Made by a program: the position numbers and the translations under genes | Source: Lacunisphaera sp. | GTDB lineage: Bacteria; Verrucomicrobiota; Verrucomicrobiia; Opitutales; Opitutaceae | DNA: 64,000 nt | NCBI GenBank assembly: GCA_044224295.1 | Contig: JBGAKQ010000003.1 | Span: forward strand, 81,498-145,497 | Reading direction: 5' to 3' | Shown: piece after piece, positions 39,265-48,364 of the stretch | How positions within the stretch are numbered: position 1 is the stretch's first letter | Layout of the letters: each line of letters begins with the position of its first letter | The notes under the pieces: generated by a model | What the model saw: the letters and a program-made list of their open reading frames with translations, nothing else | What the model was told of the DNA's origin: nothing | The model's database searches: none

Positions 39265-39275
39265 ATCGTATACAC
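39265..39275. promoter_or_regulatory. Candidate GntR operator (site 2; reverse strand reads GTGTATACGAT; ~100 nt upstream of the OM-channel operon)
   Basis: Shares the 9-mer TGTATACGA with sites 1 and 4. Confidence 0.35.
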
Positions 39276-39372
39276 TCTGCCTTTCAAAACGAGAGTCCCG
39301 TATGAAACCTGCTTCGATTCTTTCAGGCGCCGGAGTTGCCGGCTGGGCCACGACGCTGGGAGGGGTTTCGCG

Positions 39373-40104
39373 ATGAAGCGCGCTCGGCACAAGCTCCTGC
39401 TAGCGTCGCTCCTCCTCTGGGCCGCCCCGTGGTTGCTCGCCCGTCCGCTGGACACGGACGACACAGGCACCGTCGCGAAGGGGCAGTGGGAAATGGAGGG
39501 CGGGCTGGATTTCACCCGCGCAGCGGGAGCCAATTCGTGGGCGTATACGCCGGTGTTGGCGTACGGGCTTACCGATCGCCTTCAAGTCGAGCTTGGCTGC
39601 GACTACTTGGTGGAGCACGGTGACGTGGACGAGGCCGCTGCGCACGGACTGGATCCATTGCTTCAACTTAAGAGTCGCTGCTGGAGCACGGCCGACGGTC
39701 GCTTCAGTCTCGCTCTCGCTGGAAACCTCGGCTGGCCGGCTCGCCTGCGCGGGCCCCGCGAGGGCTGGGAGCGGCACGGCGAGGTGCGGTTGCTGGCCAC
39801 GCAAGAATTCGGCGAGGCCGCTCTCGATTTTAATGCAGGCTATGAATTCACCGGTGCGTGGGGCGGTGGGGATGACGCTGGGCTCGTGAGTGCCGGCTTT
39901 CGTCGCCCCGTGACCTCAACGCTCGGCTGGGTCGGTGAAGTGTTCGCGACGTTTCCGCGGCAGGCTTCCATGCAGACCCTGGTGGCGACCGGCCTGACGG
40001 TCCAAGGGCGAGGCGGCTGGACCTTTGATGCGTTGGTGGGCTGCGGCGTCGGGACTGAAAGTCCGGACGTTCGATTTGTACTCGGATTTGTTCGTGCCCT
40101 CTGA
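39373..40104 (+). CDS. Putative outer-membrane beta-barrel channel (MetA/phenol-degradation-pathway transporter-like)
   Basis: The ATG at 39373 gives the signal peptide MKRARHKLLLASLLLWAAPWLLA. LDTDDTGTVAKGQWEMEGGLDF and alternating beta-strand-like segments follow. The family assignment is from memory only. Confidence 0.45.
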   Translation: MKRARHKLLLASLLLWAAPWLLARPLDTDDTGTVAKGQWEMEGGLDFTRAAGANSWAYTPVLAYGLTDRLQVELGCDYLVEHGDVDEAAAHGLDPLLQLKSRCWSTADGRFSLALAGNLGWPARLRGPREGWERHGEVRLLATQEFGEAALDFNAGYEFTGAWGGGDDAGLVSAGFRRPVTSTLGWVGEVFATFPRQASMQTLVATGLTVQGRGGWTFDALVGCGVGTESPDVRFVLGFVRAL

Positions 40105-40109
40105 TCGCG

Positions 40110-41402
40110 ATGACCCTTCCTGCCGCACTCTCCGAGCAACTCGTCCGCTGGCGGCGGGATTTTCATGCGCACCCCGAACTCGGCTTTTGCGAATATCGGA
40201 CCGCCGCGAAGGTTTGTGGCGTGCTGACCGGGCTGTCGGGCTGCACCGTGCGGGTGGGGCGTGAGGTCATGGATCCGGCGGCCTGCGTGGGAATGCCACC
40301 GGCGTCAGAAATCGCGGCGGCGCGCGCCGAAGCGCTTTCGTTGGGCGCCGACCGCGCGTGGGTCGAGCGGATGGGGGACGGGCTCACGGGCGTGGTGGCG
40401 GAGTGGGATTTCTCCCGGCCCGGACCGACGGTGGTTTTCCGCGCGGATCTGGACGCCTTGCCCGTCACGGAATCCACTGCCGCGACGCACCGGCCCGCCT
40501 GCGAAGGATTCGCGTCAAAACATATCGGTCGGATGCACGCGTGTGGGCACGATGGAAACACCGCCGTGGCGCTTGGCCTCGCCGCGATGGTCGCCGAAAA
40601 GAGCGCAGGGTGGGGCGGCCGCCTGCGCATTGTCTTTCAACCGGCGGAAGAAGGTTGCCGCGGCGGCCCGTCGATGATCGCGGCCGGGGTTGTCCGCGAT
40701 GCGGATTATTTCGTCGCCAGCCACCTAGGTACTTCGGCCAAGGAGGCCGGCCTGGTGAGCTGCAGTGTGCGCGGCTGGCTGGCGACGACCAAGCTCGACG
40801 TGGTCCTGCACGGGAAGGCGGCTCATGCGGGCCTCGCTCCGCAGGAAGGGCGCAACGCATTGCTGGCGGCGGCAACCATCGTGGTCCAGTTGCACGCGCT
40901 ACCGCGGCATGCGGACGGCGCATCCCGCGTCAACGTCGGTGTGCTCAAGGCCGGCACCGGGCGCAACATCATCGCCGATCGCGCGGAACTCAAACTCGAG
41001 GTGCGCGGCGCGACCACCGCGATCAATGACTTCATGACCGCGGAGGCCAGACGCATCATCGCGGCGGCGGCGGAAATGCACGGCGTACGAGCGGAGGTTT
41101 CGGTGGCCGGCGTCGCGCAGGGCGGCGCCTGCGACGCAAAGCTGCAGCCGATCGTCCGCGCGGCCGCCCTCGATGTGCCGGCGACCCGCCGGGTGGTGGA
41201 TTGGCTCGAGACCAGCGGGAGCGAAGACGCCACCTTCTTCATCAACGCCGTGCAGGCTCGCGGGGGATCGGCGACGTACGTGCTGGTTGGCACGCCCCTG
41301 GCCGCGGGTCACCACGAACCGGATTTCGATTTTGATGAAACCGCCTTGGCGCATGCCGTGGCCGTGCACACGGGCATCGCCGACCGGCTGCTGCGTCCCT
41401 GA
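40110..41402 (+). CDS. M20D-family amidohydrolase (aminoacylase / hippurate-hydrolase-like)
   Basis: WRRDFHAHPELGFCEYRTA, the MHACGHDGNTAV metal-binding motif, FQPAEEG. 430 aa. Confidence 0.85.
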   Translation: MTLPAALSEQLVRWRRDFHAHPELGFCEYRTAAKVCGVLTGLSGCTVRVGREVMDPAACVGMPPASEIAAARAEALSLGADRAWVERMGDGLTGVVAEWDFSRPGPTVVFRADLDALPVTESTAATHRPACEGFASKHIGRMHACGHDGNTAVALGLAAMVAEKSAGWGGRLRIVFQPAEEGCRGGPSMIAAGVVRDADYFVASHLGTSAKEAGLVSCSVRGWLATTKLDVVLHGKAAHAGLAPQEGRNALLAAATIVVQLHALPRHADGASRVNVGVLKAGTGRNIIADRAELKLEVRGATTAINDFMTAEARRIIAAAAEMHGVRAEVSVAGVAQGGACDAKLQPIVRAAALDVPATRRVVDWLETSGSEDATFFINAVQARGGSATYVLVGTPLAAGHHEPDFDFDETALAHAVAVHTGIADRLLRP

Positions 41403-41413
41403 AATTTTTCCCC

Positions 41414-42382
41414 ATGTCCACCTCGTCTGCTCCCGCCCAACTTCTTACCTTGGCCAGCATTCGCGCGGCGCGCCTCCGCATCGCCCCGCACATCCGGCGC
41501 ACGCCGGTCCTCACCAATGAGGCCCTCGATGCTGAAATCGGGCGACGGTTGTACTTCAAATGCGAGAATTTCCAGACCGTGGGCGTCTTCAAAGCGCGCG
41601 GGGCGGCCAATGCGGTGCTGAATCTCAGTGATGCCGACGCCGCGCGAGGCGTGGCCACGCATTCTTCGGGCAACCACGCGGCTGCGCTCGCACGGGCGGC
41701 CCGGCTGCGCGGTATTCCCGCGTACATCGTGATGCCGTCCAATTCACCGCGCTCGAAGGTCAAGAACGTGGAGCGCTACGGCGGCCAGATCACCTTTTGC
41801 GAACCGACGCCGGAGGCGCGCACCCAGACCTGCGCACGGATCGTCGCGGAAACGGGCGCCGCATTTGTCCATCCCTATGAGAATTTCGACGTGATGGCCG
41901 GGCAGGGGACGGCAGCGCTCGAACTGCTCGAGGATGTGCCGGAACTCGATCGCTTGCTTTGCCCGGTTGGCGGCGGCGGCCTGCTCGCCGGCACGGCCGT
42001 GGCGGCGAAAGGCGTGCGGCCGTCCATCAAGGTCATCGCCGTCGAGCCCGCGCAGGCGGACGACGCCTATCATTCCTTCCAAGCCGGCCGATTGGTGCGC
42101 CGGCCGACCGACACCATCGCCGACGGGCTTCGGACCGTCGTGGGCGAACCGAATCTCGAGATCATGCGCGAGGTGGTGGACGAAATCGTCACCGTCAGCG
42201 AGGCGAGCATCGTCACCGCCATGCGGCGCCTCTGGGAGGAACTCAAAATCGTCGTCGAGCCTTCCGGCGCGGTTCCTTTCGCGGCGGTCCTTGAGGGCAA
42301 AATTCCCGCCGATAGCCGGCCCACCGGAATCATCCTCAGCGGCGGCAACGTCGATCTGGACCGTCTGCCCTGGCAAAAATAA
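41414..42382 (+). CDS. PLP-dependent threonine/serine dehydratase-family enzyme (serine racemase / 3-hydroxyaspartate ammonia-lyase-like)
   Basis: FKCENFQTVGVFKARGAANAV (PLP lysine context), HSSGNHAAALARAA, CPVGGGGLLAG. 322 aa with no ACT regulatory domain. Confidence 0.85.
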   Translation: MSTSSAPAQLLTLASIRAARLRIAPHIRRTPVLTNEALDAEIGRRLYFKCENFQTVGVFKARGAANAVLNLSDADAARGVATHSSGNHAAALARAARLRGIPAYIVMPSNSPRSKVKNVERYGGQITFCEPTPEARTQTCARIVAETGAAFVHPYENFDVMAGQGTAALELLEDVPELDRLLCPVGGGGLLAGTAVAAKGVRPSIKVIAVEPAQADDAYHSFQAGRLVRRPTDTIADGLRTVVGEPNLEIMREVVDEIVTVSEASIVTAMRRLWEELKIVVEPSGAVPFAAVLEGKIPADSRPTGIILSGGNVDLDRLPWQK

Positions 42383-42430
42383 CCGGCCACATTCGCACAG
42401 CTTCAATCACTCTTTCGTACCTGATCCCCT

Positions 42431-43960
42431 ATGACCTCTGAAACTCGATTCCTCCGCCAGACTTGGCTTAACCGGTCCCTCTGGGCCGTCGTTGGTTCCT
42501 GCCTCCTCCTCGCCTCTCCGTCGCTGCCGGCGGCGCAGATCAAAAGCGAAACCCGGACAATCGCGCTGCCCGATGGTACGTCGGTTGAATATGAATTGGG
42601 TACGCTCCAAGTCCCGGAGAACCGGCAGAACCCCACTAGCCGGACCATCTCGGTGGGCTTCGCGCGTTTTCGCGGGATGACGGCCACCGGCGCTCCGCCC
42701 ACGATTCATCTTCCCGGCGGTCCAGGGAATTCCTACGTGAGCGCCATGCACCTCGACGCCAAGGATGCCGCCGCCCGCAAACTCAACGAGCGTCAGGCTG
42801 CGGACCTCCAGCGCTATCGTCAGGTGGGCGATGTGATCTACTTTGATCAACGCGGCTGCAGCGAACTCGGCGAAAGACTTGTGTTCGCGTACGACATCCC
42901 CGCTAAACCACTGGATCAGCCCGGCAGCATGGCCCGGGAGACCGCGGAATTCGTCGAGGCTTCCAAGGCCGCACTTGCCGACGCGGCCAAGCGTGGCATC
43001 GACGTGCGGGGCTACACCATCCGCGACTGTGCGGAAGACGTGAATGATCTGCGTCGCGAGCTCGGATACGAACGCATCACGCTCATCGGGCAAAGTTTCG
43101 GCTCGCAGTGGAGCTTCGCCATCATGCGCCTGCATCCGGGCATCGTCGCCCGCGCCGTGCTGTCCGGTGTCGAGCCACTCGATTGCGGTTACGACATGCC
43201 GGCCAACGTCTACACCGCGATGCGCAAGATGTGGCAGGCCGTCGAGCGTGACCCCGCGTTCCAACCCTATTTGCCACGCGGCGGCATCGCCGGGGCGGTG
43301 GTGGAAATTGTGCGTCGCTTGGAAAAGGGCCCGGTGCAGGTCAAGGTCACGGAGAAGTCTGGTGAAACGAAGACGGTCGTGCTCGGTCGCGAAGATTTCC
43401 GTCCGGAAACTCCCGCCGAAATCCTCGCGATCTATCATGGCCACTACGAGGGATGGGCGAAAGAGGTGCTGGCGCGTCGCCGGGCCCACAAGGGTCGCAT
43501 CGATCCGTTGATCGGGCCGCTGATCGACACCGGCCTGGCGGTAACCCCGGCGCGTCGCAACCTCCTGCGCACCGACCCGGCCATCGCCTTGCTTGGCGAA
43601 TGGAATTTCGACGACTACATGGCCACCGAGGAAATCTGGCCCACGGAAGACGTGGGTGATGAATTCCGGCTCGAAGTACGCAACCACCTGCCGGTGCTTT
43701 TCGTGCACGGCGACTGGGACCTCAACACGCCGCGCGAAAATCTGCTGCACGTGCTGCCGTATTTCACCAACAGCCGCACCGTGTTGGTGCATCAAGGTCA
43801 GCACAGCGCGTTCGCGCGCGTGCGCGAGACGCTGCCCGAGGCCACCGCCGCCATTATGGATTTCGTTCGCAATGGCTCGACCGACAACCTGCCGGTTGAG
43901 GTGACCGTGCCGGCGCCGAAATTCGTCGCCCCGGATTTCCCGGCGCCGGCCAAGCCTTAA
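42431..43960 (+). CDS. Secreted alpha/beta-hydrolase, S33-like (prolyl/tripeptidyl aminopeptidase-like)
   Basis: Signal peptide. HLPGGPGNSY oxyanion region, the nucleophile elbow LIGQSFGSQW, and C-terminal HGDWDLNTP ... QGQH. Confidence 0.7.
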   Translation: MTSETRFLRQTWLNRSLWAVVGSCLLLASPSLPAAQIKSETRTIALPDGTSVEYELGTLQVPENRQNPTSRTISVGFARFRGMTATGAPPTIHLPGGPGNSYVSAMHLDAKDAAARKLNERQAADLQRYRQVGDVIYFDQRGCSELGERLVFAYDIPAKPLDQPGSMARETAEFVEASKAALADAAKRGIDVRGYTIRDCAEDVNDLRRELGYERITLIGQSFGSQWSFAIMRLHPGIVARAVLSGVEPLDCGYDMPANVYTAMRKMWQAVERDPAFQPYLPRGGIAGAVVEIVRRLEKGPVQVKVTEKSGETKTVVLGREDFRPETPAEILAIYHGHYEGWAKEVLARRRAHKGRIDPLIGPLIDTGLAVTPARRNLLRTDPAIALLGEWNFDDYMATEEIWPTEDVGDEFRLEVRNHLPVLFVHGDWDLNTPRENLLHVLPYFTNSRTVLVHQGQHSAFARVRETLPEATAAIMDFVRNGSTDNLPVEVTVPAPKFVAPDFPAPAKP

Positions 43961-44009
43961 GGGCGCACGGCTGGCCGTGACCCCTCAGCAACCCGAACCG
44001 AATCACTCC

Positions 44010-46013
44010 ATGAAGAAACTGGTGTTCCTCTTTTTGTGTGCGGCGGGCTTGCTGCCGCGGTCCGCTTCGGCGGCCGAATTGACCCCCGAACTCATCGTCG
44101 ATCTCAAGATGGTGCAGGACGTGCGTTTGTCCGCGGACGGCAAATGGGTGGCCTATCTTGTCGAGGGCGAGGGCGACGGCGGTGGCAAGAGCAAGAAACT
44201 GTGGGTGGCCAGCACCGAAGGTGCCCTGTCCCAGCGACGGCTGCTCCCCGATCGCAACCAAGTATCCGTGGCGCGGTGGGCGCCGGACGGCCGGCTCGCG
44301 GTCGTGGCCCAAAGCGAGACCGCGCCGCGACGCCGACAGCTGCTGTTGATAGAAGCGTCCGGCGGGGAACCGCGCGTGCTCGTGGATAAATTTGCGGGCG
44401 CTTCCCTCGAATGGTCACCCGATGGCCGCCAGCTGGGCTTTCTCCAATCGGATGCGGCGGCGCCGGCCCGCAAACGCAGCGCGGGTGAACCGCTGGTTTA
44501 CACCCGTGAGCAGGAACCCGAGACTGCGGTGGATCGCTTGTACACCCTCGACGTGGCCACGGGCATGACGCAGGCGCGCACGCCTTCGACCCATAGCCTT
44601 ACCGATTTCGCCTGGTCGCCGCGGGGAGACGCCGTGGTGGCATTGGCTCGTCCGGTGAAGGACGGGTCACGGCGGGCTGTAACGATTTTCGCGCTGTCAG
44701 GAAATGACCGGCCGCGCGAATTATGGACGCCCTCGGACCAAACGAATGCGCTGTCGTGGTCTCCGGACGGCAAGACGATTGCGTGGACCGGGCGCGAGTT
44801 CACGCCGGGCAGCGGACAGTTGGTGGTGATGAATGCGGCCGGCGATCCCGCGGTGCGCACGGTGCAGGCGAATTTTCCCGGTTCGATTCACCACATGATG
44901 TTCCGGGCCGACGGTCGGCTGGCCTTTGGCGCCCAGGTGAATCTCCGCATCGGAATTTATTCGGTCGCGGCGGACGGTTCGGATTTGCGTGAGGACCATC
45001 CTGCCGCCTCCTTCGCTCCCGGCTCGCTCGGGGCCGGATCGCTCGGCGGATTCACGATTTCGTTTAGTGCCGACGGGTCGCGGGTGGCGAGTGCCGTTTC
45101 CGGACCGCGGGAATATGCCAACGTCATCGCCGGCCCGTGGAGGGGCACGCTTACGCGCCGCACCGCGCTTAACCCTGAGGTCGCGGACGTACCGCTGGCT
45201 ACGGTGGACGAGATTTCTTGGAACTCATTCGATGGGCTTGAGGTGTACGGTTTCCTCGTGAAGCCCGCGGGCTTCAATTCCGCAAAGAAATATCCAATGG
45301 TGGTCCTGCCACATGGCGGGCCGCGTCGTTCCTGGTGGGCGACATGCGTGCTGGAAGATTGGAGCGGCTGGCTCGCGAACCAGGGCTATGTCGTGCTGAT
45401 GCCGAATCCGCGCGGCAGCGAAGGGCGTGGAGCTGACTTCGTGCGCGCCAACCGCATGGACTTGGGCGGCGGCGACTGGCGAGATATCGTGGCGGGTCTG
45501 GACCACGTCCTCACGTTAGGCTTCGTCGATCCCGACCGGCTCGCGATCACGGGCTGGAGTTATGGCGGCTATTTGACGGCGTGGGGTATTACGCAACCGG
45601 AGGGTAGGAGATTCAAGGCAGCGGTGATCGGCGCCGGCATTACGAACCGCCTGTCCAAGGGCGGCGCGGCGGGCAGTTGGTCGGATGTTCATTACGGCGA
45701 CCCGCAGGCGATTTGGCGGAATACGCAGGAATTCTTTTATCGTTCACCCCTCGCGCATGTCAGCCGGGTCACGGCACCGACGCTGATCGTGCACGGCGAT
45801 AACGACTCCAAGGTCGCCCACAACCAGGCGTTGGATTTTTTCAACGGGCTCAAGGCGCTAGGTGTGCCCACGGAGGCTCGGATTTATCCGGGCGAAGGCC
45901 ACAACTTCAGCCAGCGAGACCACCGGATCGATTTGTTGAACAGCATCGCCCGGTGGCTGCGCACCTATGTGCCGGCTGATGCGCCGCGCATTGCGCAAAC
46001 CGCCCAGCAGTGA
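44010..46013 (+). CDS. S9-family serine peptidase (prolyl oligopeptidase / dipeptidyl-peptidase-like), secreted, paralog 1
   Basis: The ATG at 44010 gives MKKLVFLFLCAAGLLP. An N-terminal beta-propeller-like region (SADGKWVAY, SPDGRQLGF, SPDGKTIAW) is followed by GWSYGGYL (Ser nucleophile), HGDNDSKV (Asp) and GEGHNF (His). Confidence 0.85.
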   Translation: MKKLVFLFLCAAGLLPRSASAAELTPELIVDLKMVQDVRLSADGKWVAYLVEGEGDGGGKSKKLWVASTEGALSQRRLLPDRNQVSVARWAPDGRLAVVAQSETAPRRRQLLLIEASGGEPRVLVDKFAGASLEWSPDGRQLGFLQSDAAAPARKRSAGEPLVYTREQEPETAVDRLYTLDVATGMTQARTPSTHSLTDFAWSPRGDAVVALARPVKDGSRRAVTIFALSGNDRPRELWTPSDQTNALSWSPDGKTIAWTGREFTPGSGQLVVMNAAGDPAVRTVQANFPGSIHHMMFRADGRLAFGAQVNLRIGIYSVAADGSDLREDHPAASFAPGSLGAGSLGGFTISFSADGSRVASAVSGPREYANVIAGPWRGTLTRRTALNPEVADVPLATVDEISWNSFDGLEVYGFLVKPAGFNSAKKYPMVVLPHGGPRRSWWATCVLEDWSGWLANQGYVVLMPNPRGSEGRGADFVRANRMDLGGGDWRDIVAGLDHVLTLGFVDPDRLAITGWSYGGYLTAWGITQPEGRRFKAAVIGAGITNRLSKGGAAGSWSDVHYGDPQAIWRNTQEFFYRSPLAHVSRVTAPTLIVHGDNDSKVAHNQALDFFNGLKALGVPTEARIYPGEGHNFSQRDHRIDLLNSIARWLRTYVPADAPRIAQTAQQ

Positions 46014-46081
46014 TTTCGTTTTCGTAGGGCGTCCATGGGGCGCCCAAGGGCAGCGTCCGCTCCCGGAACCCCTGAAATACC

Positions 46082-48079
46082 ATGAAAACCATTGCGCCAC
46101 TCCTCGCGTTGGCAGCGTGCTGCCTATCCGTTTGCGCCAGCTTCGGAGCGGATCTGACCGCGGAATTCCTGGCTGACCTCAAGACCGTGGGTGGGGTGCG
46201 GTTGTCACCCGACGGCAAATGGGTCACCTACGTGGTGGAAGGCGAATCCCGCGAAGCCGGCAAGACAAAGGAATTGTGGCTGGCCAGCGTGGACGGGAAA
46301 CCCAGTCAGCGGCGCCTGCTGCCTGGACGGAAAAACGTGTCGGAGGCCCGGTGGTCCGCCAGCGGCCGCCTGGCGGTGGTGACGGCTGCGGAGATCGAGC
46401 CTCACCGCCAATTGTTGCTGGTGGATTTGGGAACCGAGGCCGTGCAGGTGCTCGTCGACCGGTTCGAAGGCTCTTCGATCGAATGGTCGTCAGACGGCCG
46501 GCAAATTGGATTCATCCAGACCGAAAGCATCGTGCCGGCCCGCAAGCGTAGCGCCAGCGAACCGCTGGTGCTCGACGCCACGCGCGCCGCCAGCGGCAGC
46601 GTGAGTCGGTTTTTCACACTGGATGTCGAGACGAAAGTCCAGCAAGTCCGGACCCCGCCCAGTCACTCCGTCACCAAGTTTGGCTGGAGCCCGCAAGGTG
46701 ATGCCATCGTGGCGCTGGCGCGCAGCGTGAACGATGGGCGGGGGACCATGATCACAGTGTTTCCTTTCGCGGAGGGTGCCGCGCCGCGCGAACTCTGGCA
46801 TCCGCATGATCAAACGCTGACGCTTGCCTGGTCGCCTGACGGCAAGGTGATTGCTTGGTGCGGGCGGGAACTGACTCCGCAAAGCGGACAATTGGTGTTG
46901 CTACAGGCCAACGGTGATCCGCGCCCGCGCACCGTGCAGGCAGATTTTCCGGGCAGCCTGCACCACATCGCTTTTCGGGCGGACGGCCGACTGGCCTTCG
47001 GCGCACTGGAGAACCTACGGGCCGGCATTTATTCCGTTGCGGCGGACGGTTCCGACCTGCGCGCGGATCATCCCGCTTCCTCTTTCGCCCCGGGATCATT
47101 GGGGGTCGGTTCCTTCGCGTATTTCGCGCTCTCTTTCAGCGCTGACGGCTCGCGGGTCGCGACCACGGTGTCCGGGCCGGGAGAGCCGGCCAACGTGATC
47201 GCCGGACCGTGGCGGGGAAACTTGACGCGCCGCACCGACCTCAATCCGGCCGTCTCGGAACTGTCGTTGGGCGCGGTGGAGGACGTCTCCTGGCGGTCCT
47301 TCGACCAATTGGAGATCCATGGTTTTGTGATCAAACCGCCGGGGTTCGACCCCGCGAAAAAATACCCGCTGGTGGTTCTCACGCACGGTGGGCCGCGTCG
47401 CTCCTGGTGGGCAAACGGATTCTTGGATGATTGGTGGGGCCAGTGGATCGCGCACCAAGGTTACATGGTGTTCCTCCCTAATCCGCGCGGCAGTGAAGGT
47501 CGCGGGGCGGATTTTGTGCGTGCGAATTACCGCGACCTCGGTGGCGGCGACTGGCGGGACGTGGTGACGGGCCTGGACCATGTGCTCACGCTGGGGAATG
47601 CCGATCCCGAGCGCCTAGGCTTGGCCGGCTGGAGCTATGGTGGCTTTCTGGCGGCTTGGGGGCTCACGCAGCCCGAGGGACGGCGATTCAAGGTTGGCAT
47701 TGTCGGCGCGGGCATCACCAACCGCCTGGCGGGTGGAGCCGCCGCGAGTGGCTGGTCGGAGGATCACTATGGTGACCCGCAGCTGATCTGGCGTCATCCT
47801 ATGGAGCACTTCTACCGTTCGCCGATCGCCCATGTGGGGTGCGTCTCGGCCCCAACGTTGATCCTCCACGGCGACAACGACACGACGGTGCCCCACGGCC
47901 AATCGATGGATTTCTACAATGGGCTGCGCGCTATGGGCGTGCCCACGGAGGCGCGGATCTATCCCGGTGCCGGGCACGCCTTCACCCGCCGCGATCAGAA
48001 AATTGATCTGTTCAACAGCATTGCGCGTTGGCTGCGGACGTACCTCCCGGCTGGCGCACCGCGCGCCGGACAAAAGTGA
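46082..48079 (+). CDS. S9-family serine peptidase, secreted, tandem paralog 2
   Basis: Colinear with paralog 1 and identical at most aligned positions by eye. GWSYGGFL, HGDNDTTV, GAGHAF. Confidence 0.85.
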   Translation: MKTIAPLLALAACCLSVCASFGADLTAEFLADLKTVGGVRLSPDGKWVTYVVEGESREAGKTKELWLASVDGKPSQRRLLPGRKNVSEARWSASGRLAVVTAAEIEPHRQLLLVDLGTEAVQVLVDRFEGSSIEWSSDGRQIGFIQTESIVPARKRSASEPLVLDATRAASGSVSRFFTLDVETKVQQVRTPPSHSVTKFGWSPQGDAIVALARSVNDGRGTMITVFPFAEGAAPRELWHPHDQTLTLAWSPDGKVIAWCGRELTPQSGQLVLLQANGDPRPRTVQADFPGSLHHIAFRADGRLAFGALENLRAGIYSVAADGSDLRADHPASSFAPGSLGVGSFAYFALSFSADGSRVATTVSGPGEPANVIAGPWRGNLTRRTDLNPAVSELSLGAVEDVSWRSFDQLEIHGFVIKPPGFDPAKKYPLVVLTHGGPRRSWWANGFLDDWWGQWIAHQGYMVFLPNPRGSEGRGADFVRANYRDLGGGDWRDVVTGLDHVLTLGNADPERLGLAGWSYGGFLAAWGLTQPEGRRFKVGIVGAGITNRLAGGAAASGWSEDHYGDPQLIWRHPMEHFYRSPIAHVGCVSAPTLILHGDNDTTVPHGQSMDFYNGLRAMGVPTEARIYPGAGHAFTRRDQKIDLFNSIARWLRTYLPAGAPRAGQK

Positions 48080-48123
48080 TTGGCAGGGGCGTCCCTTGCG
48101 GACGCCCGCGTTGGCCGCCCATT

Positions 48124-48350
48124 GTAGGAGCCTGCTTGCAGGCGATGAAACGTGCGCCATCGGTAGACCGTTTTTTTGAATCCAAAGCCGGTTCTCGTCT
48201 CAAAATCCGGATCATTTCCGCCACCGTCATCCTGAGCCGTGCGAAGGAGCGAAGGGGATTCGCGAGTTCGCTTGGGTTTTTCGCACGGCTCAGAATGACG
48301 ACAGCGACAAGCGCGGGTGTGGGCCGAGTCGCCTGCAAGCAGGCTCCTAC
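48124..48350. repeat. Composite nested element: family C arms (48124-48145 and 48329-48350) enclosing a family A palindrome (48226-48299)
   Basis: GTAGGAGCCTGCTTGCAGGCGA ... [GTCATCCTGAGCCGTGCGAA ... TTCGCACGGCTCAGAATGAC] ... TCGCCTGCAAGCAGGCTCCTAC. It lies between convergent genes. Confidence 0.8.
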
Positions 48351-48364
48351 AAACGGCGGGCGCT

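Noticed and set aside
38983-39372. Search for a Fur box upstream of the siderophore-type receptor
   Set aside because: I could not find a convincing 19-bp GATAATGATAATCATTATC-like palindrome by eye. Absence cannot be proven without a matrix scan, so no Fur site is reported.
39543-39548. Additional GTATAC hexamer inside the OM-channel coding sequence
   Set aside because: The bare hexamer is expected a handful of times by chance in 64 kb. This one lacks the flanking ATT/TGTATACGA context and lies within a codon run (WAYTPV), so I did not count it as an operator.
42431-43960. Naming the S33-like hydrolase specifically as proline iminopeptidase
   Set aside because: Only the generic alpha/beta-hydrolase nucleophile elbow (GQSFGS) and oxyanion region are visible. 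The specificity cannot be read from the sequence alone.
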